From assembly GCA_963674865.2 (NCBI GenBank), contig CAXXYE010000003.1, positions 192,001 to 256,000 on the forward strand: a stretch of DNA of 64,000 nucleotides, read 5' to 3'. A model generated the notes under the pieces. The model worked only from the letters and a program-made list of their open reading frames with translations. It was not told the origin of the DNA and searched no databases. This document shows, piece by piece, positions 27,953 to 37,000 of this stretch; the first letter of the stretch is position 1; every line of letters begins with the position of its first letter. The translations under genes were made by a program, and so were the position numbers. This DNA is from Candidatus Hydrogenedentota bacterium. Its GTDB lineage: Bacteria; Hydrogenedentota; Hydrogenedentia; Hydrogenedentales; SLHB01.

Positions 27953-29410
27953 ATGATGAGGTCATCCGGAATCAGATGGGTACTGGCCTTTTCCCTGTGC
28001 TGTTGCTGGGCTGCCGCGCAGCGCGAGCTGCCCATCCGTCCGGGCGACTTCCTTTTTGTTGATGTCTATCGCTTCCCCCAACTGTCCACGACAGCGCAGG
28101 TTGACGCCACGGGCGCCATTGAAATCCCCCATGTCGGCAAGGTCGCCGTGTCGGGGATGACGGAGGACCAGGCGACCCTGCAAGTTGTTCAGGAGCTCCG
28201 GCGGATCCTCAAGCGCGACCCGCGGGTCACGGTGTCGCGCAGCGTGTTGGGGACCTCTATTCGGGAACCTGCCCGCACGCCCGAGATGAAGACCGAGGTT
28301 ATTCCTCTCGACAATTCCAACGCCGAGGCGCTTTGGACGGCCCTCCAGGGGATGAGCTCTGAGGGCGGTGCTCTCGGATATGATCGTCAGACGAACACGC
28401 TTATCGTCACGGATACGGCCAGCACCATCCAGAACATGCAGGCCGTGATAGCCCGTCTTGATCAGATGCCGACCCAGCGCGTTCAAGTGCGCATTGAGGC
28501 CAAGATCGCCGAGGTCCAGGTGGGTGCACTGAAGGAACTGGGCCTGCGATGGTTTGTGCAAGGTGAGGAGGGTATGGGGGGGTACTACCCCTCCACACGG
28601 CAGGATGTGGATCTCACCGCCATGCAAGGCGGCACGGGCGCTCTGGCCAACGAACAGGTTGAGGGCGTCCAGTCCAGTCTGCAACAGAGCGCCTCCGGCC
28701 GCCGCTATGTGGATGAGCCGAATTTCACCCGCCGCCTGAACGTGCCGGTACACATTCCTACGCCGGGGCAGCTCTTCTTCGGATTCTTCGATGGCCACGT
28801 CGATATCGGGACGCTCCTCAACGCGTTGGTTGCCAATGATCGCGGCGAGATGCTGGCTGAACCTTGGACGTTTACCGTCAATCACGAGCGGGCGCAGATC
28901 AAGATGACGGATGAGTTCCCTTACACGGAGTACGGCACGGAACTCACCGGGGCCACGAATTACTCTACCAAGTTCATGGACCTGGGGATTATTCTCGACG
29001 TCACGCCGCACGTCTATCGGGATGCGACGGGGCCGTATGTTGAGCTGGAACTCGCACCGGAGGTCTCGTATGCCCTTGGTACGAGCAACGGCATCCCCGT
29101 CCGTTCGGTGCGTAGTTCCAAAACCGTTGCCCAGGTGCGCGATGGGCAAACGCTGGTTATCGGCGGCATCTCGCAGAATGACAACCGTGATATCGAACAG
29201 CGGGTTCCCGTGCTCGCCAAGGTGCCCCTCCTGGGGAATCTATTCAAACACACCGAGAAGAAGCGAAGTCAAACGGAATTGATGGTGTTTGTGACTCCGA
29301 CTATCTATGAGCGCCCGGAGGACATCACGTGGGATCGGATGATCAATGTATCGAGTAGCGCGCCGATAGCCCCCCTGCTTGAAACGATCAAAGAGTCCCG
29401 AAAGGATTGA
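27953..29410 (+). CDS. Wza/OPX polysaccharide-export domain fused to a secretin (N-domain plus secretin core)
   Basis: Signal ending WAAA; IRPGDFLFVDV...VDATGAIEIPHVGKVAVSGMT...DPRVTV (Poly_export); TEVIPL..NAE...YDRQTNTLIVTDT...IARLD (Secretin_N); QVRIEAKIAEV...LGLRW, GIILDVTP, VRDGQTLVIGG, VPVLAKVPLLGNLFK, ELMVFVTPTI. Confidence 0.85.
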   Translation: MMRSSGIRWVLAFSLCCCWAAAQRELPIRPGDFLFVDVYRFPQLSTTAQVDATGAIEIPHVGKVAVSGMTEDQATLQVVQELRRILKRDPRVTVSRSVLGTSIREPARTPEMKTEVIPLDNSNAEALWTALQGMSSEGGALGYDRQTNTLIVTDTASTIQNMQAVIARLDQMPTQRVQVRIEAKIAEVQVGALKELGLRWFVQGEEGMGGYYPSTRQDVDLTAMQGGTGALANEQVEGVQSSLQQSASGRRYVDEPNFTRRLNVPVHIPTPGQLFFGFFDGHVDIGTLLNALVANDRGEMLAEPWTFTVNHERAQIKMTDEFPYTEYGTELTGATNYSTKFMDLGIILDVTPHVYRDATGPYVELELAPEVSYALGTSNGIPVRSVRSSKTVAQVRDGQTLVIGGISQNDNRDIEQRVPVLAKVPLLGNLFKHTEKKRSQTELMVFVTPTIYERPEDITWDRMINVSSSAPIAPLLETIKESRKD

Positions 29411-29416
29411 GCGCCT

Positions 29417-31660
29417 ATGGCGTCGGATCCATCTCTAGAGAGGGCGGCCAAGCAGGATCAGGCAAACCAACTGCAGTTTGTTGTTGCTGTTTCCCTGCGC
29501 TGGTGGCTGATGATCGTTGTTTCCACGTGCCTATGCAGCATCGGACTGGGCGTGTGGGGGCTCTTCCATCAGCAGAGTTCCGCCGTCTATGAGGCCCAGA
29601 CAGATCTAGCCATCAAGCAGAGCGCTTGGGAAAAGGGCCTTCTTCAGCGCGTCGGCGGCGTACCTCTGGTTCCTACACAGCCCAAGGAAGTCATGAACCG
29701 CGTTCTGCCCGGACTGGCCGAGGAGGTCGCCCGGGTCCTTGTGCAGCACGACGTTACTAACGGAGGAGCTTGGGGAGACGTCAGCACCGAGGATGAGTAC
29801 CAGGCGGGGGCCGTAGCCGTCAGAAGCGCCCTTGAAGTGTCGGATGTTCCCGAGGCCGGCATTATCCGGATACGCGTCGACGGAAGCACGGAAGAGGAAG
29901 CCCGCCGTATCGCCGAATACACGGCGCGTGTCTTTGTAGACCGCGCGCGCCGCCTCCAGCTTCAGGAAGAGCAAGAAACCTACGAGCTTGTGAAGCAGCA
30001 AGTCGAGGATGTGCGCGCACGGCTTACGGAAGCCGAGCAGGCGGAATGGGCCTTCCAGAAGCAGATAGGCTTTCGGACGAAGGGCCAATTGGCCGATGAC
30101 ATGACCTCGATGAAGAGCGACCTGGTCGAGGCCAAGGCCGCCCAGGAACAGATCCTGGCCGAGATGAACGAGATTGAGGAGAAGCTGCGCCTTAATAACG
30201 CGAGACTGCCCCAGGTCCTCGGACAGGTATCCAATTCCGTTGTCGACAAGCTCTTCGATGAGCTTGATGAGTTGCTCCAACAGGAGGTGGCCCTACGGAT
30301 CGATTTCACGCCCGAGTATGAAGGCTTGCAGTTGCTTCGGGAAGAGATCGCGGCAAAGGAACAGGCCATTCTCGAGGCATTGCGGGAAATGGACGCCGGC
30401 GCAGGCGGCGGCACAAGCGTCTGGCAGGAGCAGCAGGATCTCCGAACGCAGTACATGCACCTGCAGTTGGAGCTTACGAAGGTCCAGATCACGGAGCGAA
30501 CACTCGAGGCCCGGCTCAGGGACCTCGTCGAGAATCTACCGGAGCTGGCCAACCAGGATTTCGCCTACCGCCAACTTACGGAGCGCACCGACCAGCTTCG
30601 AGGTCAGTTTAACAAGTTGATTGAGACGGAGTTCGAGATCAGCAGTTCCATTGACCGCAATTTCGGACAGGTTGTTAGGCAGAATCCCGTTACCGCGTCG
30701 GTCCTCGCGCCGCCCGGGGGAACGCTCAAGCTCTTCTCGCACTTCATCGTCGGAGGCTTGGTGGGCTTGCTGATCGGTTTTGGCCTGGCCATCATGCTCG
30801 ATGCCATGGACACCTCGATTCGCACTATCGACGAGGTTAAGCAATACATCGGCCTGGAAGTTATCGGTACTATTCCCCAGATGCGGTTCGGCAAGGGCAA
30901 GAACCCCCGTCGGCGGCGTGGCACGCTTGTCGCCGCGACGGATGAGTCCGAGATCGACGCCTGCATTGTGACGCAGTACGATCCCAAGTCGCCCATCAGC
31001 GAGTCATACCGTGCTTTGCGCACGAACTTTCAGTTCGCCACCATCAGGAAGAAGCCCAAGACGATCATGGTTACGAGCGCCGTTCCCGGCGAAGGGAAGA
31101 CCACCACCGCCGTCAACATGGCGGTAACCATGGCGGACAGCGGCATGCGTGTCCTGATCATCGATACCGACCTGCGCCGTCCCAATGTCCACCGGGTCCT
31201 CAAGATGGAGCGTGGCCCCGGCTTGGCCGATGTGCTTCGTTCCGGCCTCGGCTTCCGCACCGTCATGCGGCCCACTCGCGTCGAGAACATGTGGATCATC
31301 TCGAGCGGGCGCGTCCCGCCGAATCCCTCGGAATTGATCGGCTCGGAGCGGATGCGGGAATTCATGCGCGAGGTAGGCGAGGAATTCGATGTGGTGGTGT
31401 GCGATGCTCCGTCGATATTGGTGGTAACCGACCCGGTTCTCCTGGGAACGCGGGTCGACACGGTCGTGCTTGTGGTGGCGGTCAATCGCGCCCGCCGAGA
31501 GACCATCCTGCGGGCAAGAAAGCTCCTCGACGCGGGGCAATCGGGCATTGCGGGCGTGGTATTGAATGGTATCGAGGCCACCCGTCGCCACTATTATTAT
31601 TACTATTATTATTACGATGACGCTGCCCGGGGGCGACAGCGGCGTTGGTACCACCTGTGA
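29417..31660 (+). CDS. wzc: Wzc-family polysaccharide co-polymerase / BY tyrosine kinase
   Basis: Two TMs flanking long coiled coils; ESYRALRTN, Walker A GEGKTT, A' VLIIDTDLRRP, PPNPSELI, Walker B VVVCDAP; C-terminal run of eight Tyr. Confidence 0.92.
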   Translation: MASDPSLERAAKQDQANQLQFVVAVSLRWWLMIVVSTCLCSIGLGVWGLFHQQSSAVYEAQTDLAIKQSAWEKGLLQRVGGVPLVPTQPKEVMNRVLPGLAEEVARVLVQHDVTNGGAWGDVSTEDEYQAGAVAVRSALEVSDVPEAGIIRIRVDGSTEEEARRIAEYTARVFVDRARRLQLQEEQETYELVKQQVEDVRARLTEAEQAEWAFQKQIGFRTKGQLADDMTSMKSDLVEAKAAQEQILAEMNEIEEKLRLNNARLPQVLGQVSNSVVDKLFDELDELLQQEVALRIDFTPEYEGLQLLREEIAAKEQAILEALREMDAGAGGGTSVWQEQQDLRTQYMHLQLELTKVQITERTLEARLRDLVENLPELANQDFAYRQLTERTDQLRGQFNKLIETEFEISSSIDRNFGQVVRQNPVTASVLAPPGGTLKLFSHFIVGGLVGLLIGFGLAIMLDAMDTSIRTIDEVKQYIGLEVIGTIPQMRFGKGKNPRRRRGTLVAATDESEIDACIVTQYDPKSPISESYRALRTNFQFATIRKKPKTIMVTSAVPGEGKTTTAVNMAVTMADSGMRVLIIDTDLRRPNVHRVLKMERGPGLADVLRSGLGFRTVMRPTRVENMWIISSGRVPPNPSELIGSERMREFMREVGEEFDVVVCDAPSILVVTDPVLLGTRVDTVVLVVAVNRARRETILRARKLLDAGQSGIAGVVLNGIEATRRHYYYYYYYYDDAARGRQRRWYHL
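31592..31615 (+). repeat. (TATTATTATTAC)x2 encoding the 8-Tyr autophosphorylation cluster of Wzc
   Basis: Read directly: TATTATTATTACTATTATTATTAC. Confidence 0.9.
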
Positions 31661-31770
31661 CGCGTGGGCGCGTGCCGGGGCGGCGGTTTGCCTGGGCGTG
31701 TGACGCGGATCGTGCCGCGGTGTGTCGAGTCCGCCTAGTCTCGTTGCGGCGCAGGGAAGGTTGATGCCTC

Positions 31771-33246
31771 ATGGCGCTATTCCGTTCTGAGCGCGGCATC
31801 GGACGAGGCGAGGTCGCCGAGAGCCGCATCGAGGTGCCATTCTTCGCGGCCTTCATGGCCTTCTGCGCCGTCGCGGTGCTTGTCTTTCACATCTATGTGC
31901 AAGATCCCAACCTCACCGTGGCGCTCGCCGTGAGCATTATTGTCTTCGGCCTCACCATCCTCCGCGTCGATCTGGGCGTGTACGTGCTTGTTATTGCCAT
32001 GCTCCTGTCGCCGGAAATTGAAGGGGGCGAGATAGGGCGAAGCGGACGCGTCACCAAGCTTCGCTACGACGACATCCTTATCATTGTCATCTTCCTTGGC
32101 GTGATGGTGAAGCTCGCTTTTGAGGGCCGGCTGAGGTTCTGGCAGCCGAGTCCGATCAACCTGGGCATTACCTGCTACTACGGCATCTGCATCATCTCAA
32201 CCTTGCTCGCACTGCGCATGGGCCTGCCCGCCTATGATACAAACGCGGCCCTCTTCGTCATGTTGAAGATGGCGGAGTTCTATATGGTTTTCATCCTCGT
32301 GGGCCACGCTTTGCGCGACATGAAGGAGGTACGCAACCAATTGGTGGTGTTTTTCCTGGTGGGATTGATCGTATGCATCTATTGCTCCCTGCAGATCAAC
32401 GCTCCCTGGCGGATCAGCGCGCCCTTCGACGAGAAGGGCGGCACCGAGCCAAACACCCTCGGCGGCTACCTGATCATTCTGATGTGCATCGCGGGCGGGC
32501 TCCTCACGCAGGCGCCCACGTGGCGCCTCAAGATGATGTTCCTTGGAATTGCCTTCGCCGCGTTTGTCCCGTTCTTGTTCTCCTTATCGCGCGCTTCTTA
32601 CGTCGCCTTCATCGTCGCGCCGCTTGCCCTAGGGCTGATGACGAGAAAGTACTACGTCGTCCTGGTGGTCGCGCTGGTGCTCTCATTCTCAAGCGTTTTG
32701 ATGCCTGCCGAGGTGAAGGACCGCGTCAACTACACGTTCCAGCGTGGGACGGGGGAGCCTATTGTCATCGCGGGGCGGCACACGGGACTCCAGGTGGACA
32801 AGTCGACGTACGAGCGGATCTACGTCTGGCAGAAAGTTCGCTACAATCTCAGAGTCTGGCCTTGGCTCGGCGGCGGCGTGGCCTGGCAGAGCGTGCTTGA
32901 CAGCCACTACGCGAGGGTGGCCATCGAGACGGGACTGCTCGGTTTGGCGGCGTTCGTGTTCATGCAACTTCAAATGCTGCGAACCTGCCGCGATGCTTAC
33001 CGGTGGTCGCGTAGCTGGCTGGGAAGAGGAGTGGCCTACGGCACGGCCACCGCGTTGGTCGGGATCATTGTCCACTCGCTGGGCACCATCACCTTTCTCA
33101 TCATCCGAATCATGGAGCCTCTGTGGTTTTTGCTTGCCCTGACTGTCGTCGTCCGTTCTCTTGCCATCGAGGAATACCTGAAGGAGCGCGACGCCGAAAG
33201 CGCCGAAGCCCTGACGGGAGTTGACCCCGTTCCTTCGGAGTTGTAG
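31771..33246 (+). CDS. Wzy polymerase / O-antigen ligase family membrane protein
   Basis: Polytopic; R..APF...EPNTLGGYL, SLSRASY, ERIYVW, PWLGGG, ETGLLGL. Confidence 0.8.
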   Translation: MALFRSERGIGRGEVAESRIEVPFFAAFMAFCAVAVLVFHIYVQDPNLTVALAVSIIVFGLTILRVDLGVYVLVIAMLLSPEIEGGEIGRSGRVTKLRYDDILIIVIFLGVMVKLAFEGRLRFWQPSPINLGITCYYGICIISTLLALRMGLPAYDTNAALFVMLKMAEFYMVFILVGHALRDMKEVRNQLVVFFLVGLIVCIYCSLQINAPWRISAPFDEKGGTEPNTLGGYLIILMCIAGGLLTQAPTWRLKMMFLGIAFAAFVPFLFSLSRASYVAFIVAPLALGLMTRKYYVVLVVALVLSFSSVLMPAEVKDRVNYTFQRGTGEPIVIAGRHTGLQVDKSTYERIYVWQKVRYNLRVWPWLGGGVAWQSVLDSHYARVAIETGLLGLAAFVFMQLQMLRTCRDAYRWSRSWLGRGVAYGTATALVGIIVHSLGTITFLIIRIMEPLWFLLALTVVVRSLAIEEYLKERDAESAEALTGVDPVPSEL

Positions 33247-33273
33247 CCGCGCAGGAGCGAGCAGTGCGACTGT

Positions 33274-34203
33274 CTAGATTAGAATCGCCTCGTCCCACCC
33301 GAGCTTGACCACGTCGATCCGAGCCGGGTCGGCGATGCCGAGGGCAAACTTGTCCTGCGCGACCTGGATGTGTTTGGGCGGTACAAGATAAGCTCGTTCT
33401 TCACCGAATACCGTGAGGCGCTTGGCGGTGAGGATGCGCAGTCCGGTTGCGTCTACGGCGACGGGATCCGCGCCAACGATCAATCCCTTGTATGGCCACA
33501 GGTAATCCGCGTTGAAATGGTGCGGCCCTTTGCCATGAAAGAGGGGCGTGAGCATGACGAGGATATTCAGCCGTGTCTTCCCCTTAACCATGGGCAGATC
33601 CCAAAGCCCCGCTAGGTTGGCGCATGAGTCGTCGTGCCAATTCGGTGGACTCTCAGAGAACGGGATGTAGTTCTTCAGGCAACTTCCGACACCTGCCCAA
33701 TGATGCGTGCGCATGGGCCGCATGTTGATGAGCGCCGTGGCCCGATGAAACAGGGGATTGGTGCGGACGCCGCGGTCATCCACGCCGATCCGCTCCTCGG
33801 ATACGCCCGCCCGCTTGATTCGGGTAAGGACGGCCTGTTCCAGTGGGGGCGGCGTCCTGAGAAAGCGCCACACGTTGGTCTTGATCCCGACGGTATCTTC
33901 GGCGGATACCAGGCGCTTCCAGCAACTCGTCACGTCCGACTCGCCGAGAAGAGCCTTGACGCCGTCGTCCAGCATGCGCTCGATAACCGTAGGATCTAGG
34001 TTGCCGTCTCCGTCAAGCACGGCGGCATCGCGCACGAGGACAACTCGAGTCCGTGCGCTGGCGGCCGCCTCAAGGGACTTGGCCGCGGGCGTTGCCTCCT
34101 GAGCGGACGCTGCGAATCCTGCGCCCAAGAGCGTCGCGCCGGCTGTCCCGCGCAAAAAGTCCCGGCGGGTAATGGCGAGGTGATTCCTCTTCCCATCACG
34201 CAT
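33274..34203 (-). CDS. Tat-exported DUF362-like protein
   Basis: ITRRDFLRG twin-arginine signal; VGIKTN, RTHHWAGVGSCLKNY, DPVAVDA. Confidence 0.8.
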   Translation of the reverse strand: MRDGKRNHLAITRRDFLRGTAGATLLGAGFAASAQEATPAAKSLEAAASARTRVVLVRDAAVLDGDGNLDPTVIERMLDDGVKALLGESDVTSCWKRLVSAEDTVGIKTNVWRFLRTPPPLEQAVLTRIKRAGVSEERIGVDDRGVRTNPLFHRATALINMRPMRTHHWAGVGSCLKNYIPFSESPPNWHDDSCANLAGLWDLPMVKGKTRLNILVMLTPLFHGKGPHHFNADYLWPYKGLIVGADPVAVDATGLRILTAKRLTVFGEERAYLVPPKHIQVAQDKFALGIADPARIDVVKLGWDEAILI

Positions 34204-34325
34204 GGCCAGCCGCTCCTTACCGGACGCCAAACGGTCCCACCTCACCACAATATAGTGAAACGTGGGGCCGTCCGTTTGCAAATCGCCGGTTCATTATGCT
34301 ACCTTTTTGATGCTTCGAAGCGCGC

Positions 34326-34402
34326 GTACCCGTGGCTCAATTGGATAGAGCACTTGGCTACGGACCAAGGGGTTGGGGGTTCGAGTCCCTCCGGGTACGC
34401 CA
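34326..34402 (+). tRNA. tRNA-Arg (anticodon ACG)
   Basis: Acceptor stem GTACCCG/CGGGTAC, D arm GCTC/GAGC, anticodon arm CTTGG-CTACGGA-CCAAG, T loop TTCGAGT, encoded CCA. Confidence 0.97.
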
Positions 34403-34451
34403 TTTTCTTGTCTTCCCGGATCGGGGAATATTCTTGTTCCCTGCCTCGCCG

Positions 34452-35861
34452 CTATTTTCTCCAATGCTTCTCCGCAAACGCCAGATACTGCCGCAGATCG
34501 TATGTGGCGAGGTCGTGCTTGCCGGTGCGATAGTGGTAGCCGATGGCGTCTCCGACGGGGTGGTTTAGTTCGGGCATCTCGGTGACGCCGAGGCCGGGCA
34601 CGCCGAGTAGGCAGTACACCGGGGCCGCGTGTGCGGCGCTCAGGAATTCACCTCGCGGGTCGGCCCACCCATCCTTCTCCGCGCTGGCGATGTATACCAG
34701 GCGAGGCGCCATCAGAGCGATAAGCATGTGCTGATCGACGGGCAGGGCGGCCTCATTCTCGTTGTACTGTGAGAAGTTGTCACAGAACCAGTGCGGAAAA
34801 CTCCTGTTGATGCGTCCCACCGTTTCGCCGTAGCACCGGCGACTCAGCGCCGCCCCGGCGCAGCCGGAGTCGTTTGAGATCACGAGGGCGAATCGCTCAT
34901 CCTGCGCGCCTGCCCAAAGGGCGGTTTTCCCCATCCGTGAGTGGCCCAGCACGGCGACGCGGCGAGGGTCGATGCGGTCGTCCGCCTCCAGATAATCCAT
35001 GGTGCGGCTCAGTCCCCACGCCCAAGCGCCGATGGTGCCCCATTCATCCGGGGCCGGCCGCGTTTGCCCATCCTTGTAGAATAGTGGGTGAATGCCGTTC
35101 TGGAATCCGTCGTCGAAATCCGGGTCGATGTCGTCTTTGTTCAGCGTTGCCATGGCATAGCCGTGCTCAATAACCACGCGTGCGGGGCACGGGCACGCCT
35201 CGAACAGGCCCTCCTCGGCCCCGCTGTCCTTCGCATCGCCGGCAGCGGTTTTCCTCGCGGCCTCCAAGTCTCGGCGCGCGGCTTCTTCGTCCCAAAGGGC
35301 GAGGCCAAGGAACGCCGGTACGCGGCCTTCAACGTGGTTCGGGAGGAAGAGCAGCACATGCATTTGGGGCCCGCCTTTGTCCGCTGTGAAGTAAACCGTG
35401 ACCTCCTTCCTCGTGGCCCTGCCGTCCAGGGCGCTCGCGTCCACCGAGGTAACTTCCCAATGCATCCCATCCGGCCTTCCGGGGCTTCGTCCGTACACAT
35501 GTGTGCGGAAAAGCTCCAGGATCTCCGGCCGCCGCTTGTCACGCCAGGCGGCCGCGTCCGTCACCCGCTCTCCATTCGCCAAGATTAGCAGGTCGGGCAA
35601 TGTGTACTTGGGTACCTTCTCTTCATCGTAATTAGGTTTCCATTCCTCCGCCGCAGCCGCGCAGGATATCGCTGCTGCTCCAATAAATGTTACTGTCGCA
35701 AACACAGCGAGTATGAGAGCCGTATTCCAGCCGTCGCTGCTGTTAGAATGTATACTCATTGTGCCGAGAACCTGCCTCCCTGTACTCGATAGAAAAGCCA
35801 GGGCGAATGCCAGTGCGCAAGAGGCAAGAATGCGTATGAGCGGGCCTATTCTGCTCTGCAC
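34452..35861 (-). CDS. CE15 family (glucuronoyl esterase-like) carbohydrate esterase; start uncertain
   Basis: NYDEEKVPKYTLPD, WGTIGAWAWG, nucleophile GHSRMGKTALWA, SGCAG, HWF, LPVDQH, WADP. Confidence 0.85.
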   Translation of the reverse strand: MQSRIGPLIRILASCALAFALAFLSSTGRQVLGTMSIHSNSSDGWNTALILAVFATVTFIGAAAISCAAAAEEWKPNYDEEKVPKYTLPDLLILANGERVTDAAAWRDKRRPEILELFRTHVYGRSPGRPDGMHWEVTSVDASALDGRATRKEVTVYFTADKGGPQMHVLLFLPNHVEGRVPAFLGLALWDEEAARRDLEAARKTAAGDAKDSGAEEGLFEACPCPARVVIEHGYAMATLNKDDIDPDFDDGFQNGIHPLFYKDGQTRPAPDEWGTIGAWAWGLSRTMDYLEADDRIDPRRVAVLGHSRMGKTALWAGAQDERFALVISNDSGCAGAALSRRCYGETVGRINRSFPHWFCDNFSQYNENEAALPVDQHMLIALMAPRLVYIASAEKDGWADPRGEFLSAAHAAPVYCLLGVPGLGVTEMPELNHPVGDAIGYHYRTGKHDLATYDLRQYLAFAEKHWRK

Positions 35862-36290
35862 CTCTTCTTCTCCTCAGTTGGACAAGCGCCGCCAACGACG
35901 CCGGGCTCGTGCCATGAAAGCGAACGCCGCAGGATAAGGAATTCCTTACGTTGAGGAATGGTAAGACAGGAGGCGGTTTCGGGACAAGGACTTGTAGAGG
36001 GATTCAGTTTGGCGTCGATTGGAAGTGCCGAAGCTCTGGCCAAAGAACGGTCCCGGCATGTCTTCGCGTCAACATGCTTCCTGAAACATCCCGGCGAACG
36101 CCTATATGCCTTGCCCGCCCGATCGCTCCAGTTAAGACGGGGCATCGATTCAAGGCAGTCTGAATGACATCCTACTTGAGCGCATTAGCGAGTAGAATGA
36201 GCGCCTGCTCCTGGGGCATCTCAACCGCAAGATGCGCACGCCTCTCCAGGGACTGTGCGTAATGAAGTGCCGTTACGCGTGGTTGGCTCT

Positions 36291-36740
36291 CTAGTTCGTC
36301 AGCTTGCCGCGGTGTTTCTGGACAATCTCCACGAGGAAATCACGCGCTTGGCTGGCACTTAGCCGGTAAGGGTCGAGTCTGCCGCGCCAAGCGAATTTCA
36401 AGACCACCTGTTCATCCAAGTCGCTAGATATGAGGAACGCCATGGACCAATCCGCAAACTCCCTTGCCTGGATGTCGGAATATTCGAGCAAGGTCACATC
36501 GGTGTGCCTCTTGTCCTTCTGAATGGCCGCGTAAAGGTCGTTGACCGCCGCCCTCGGTCCTTCTAAACACTGCATGAAGAACAAGGGATCGTAACAGAGC
36601 ACACCGGTGATATCTTTCGTTTCGTTCTTCTCGCGTGATACCTTGAGGATCTCCTGGAGCGCGGCCGTATCGCACTCTTCCGTCATGCGGCTCACATAAA
36701 TCAGCCTAACCATATGTGTCGAATGCTCTTCGCTGCTCAT
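36291..36740 (-). CDS. Stand-alone BLUF blue-light sensor protein
   Basis: RLIYVS (Tyr), SREKN (Asn), ITGVL, FMQCLEG (Gln), I..DKRH, R.F.DWSM (Trp/Met); ATG after GGAGG. Confidence 0.92.
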   Translation of the reverse strand: MSSEEHSTHMVRLIYVSRMTEECDTAALQEILKVSREKNETKDITGVLCYDPLFFMQCLEGPRAAVNDLYAAIQKDKRHTDVTLLEYSDIQAREFADWSMAFLISSDLDEQVVLKFAWRGRLDPYRLSASQARDFLVEIVQKHRGKLTN

Positions 36741-37000
36741 TTTGTAAACACCTCCGTAGTTCGACCACACCGGATCAGCTTCGAACGTCTTATGATAGGC
36801 CAAGACAGGGCGCGTCCACAACACACAATGGACCACTATCGTAATCCACACGCCGGCCGCGTTTCTGGGGGGGCATGTCACGTGTGTAGGGATTCTATCC
36901 ACAGGCAGCGCAATGAATGGGCGGCGCGTCCGGACTGGCCTTTGGAAAGCGATGACTTCCGTGAGGGGATAGAGACGAGACGCGCGCGAAGGGCTGTCGG

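Noticed and set aside
24963..29410. Calling the ExeA plus secretin genes a type II secretion or type IV pilus locus
   Set aside because: No GspE/PilB, GspF/PilC, pseudopilins or prepilin peptidase in the operon; the secretin carries an OPX domain and is followed by wzc and a wzy-like gene.
35846..36145. 99-aa minus-strand ORF upstream of the CE15 gene
   Set aside because: No clear RBS, no recognisable motif, and composition unlike the real genes.
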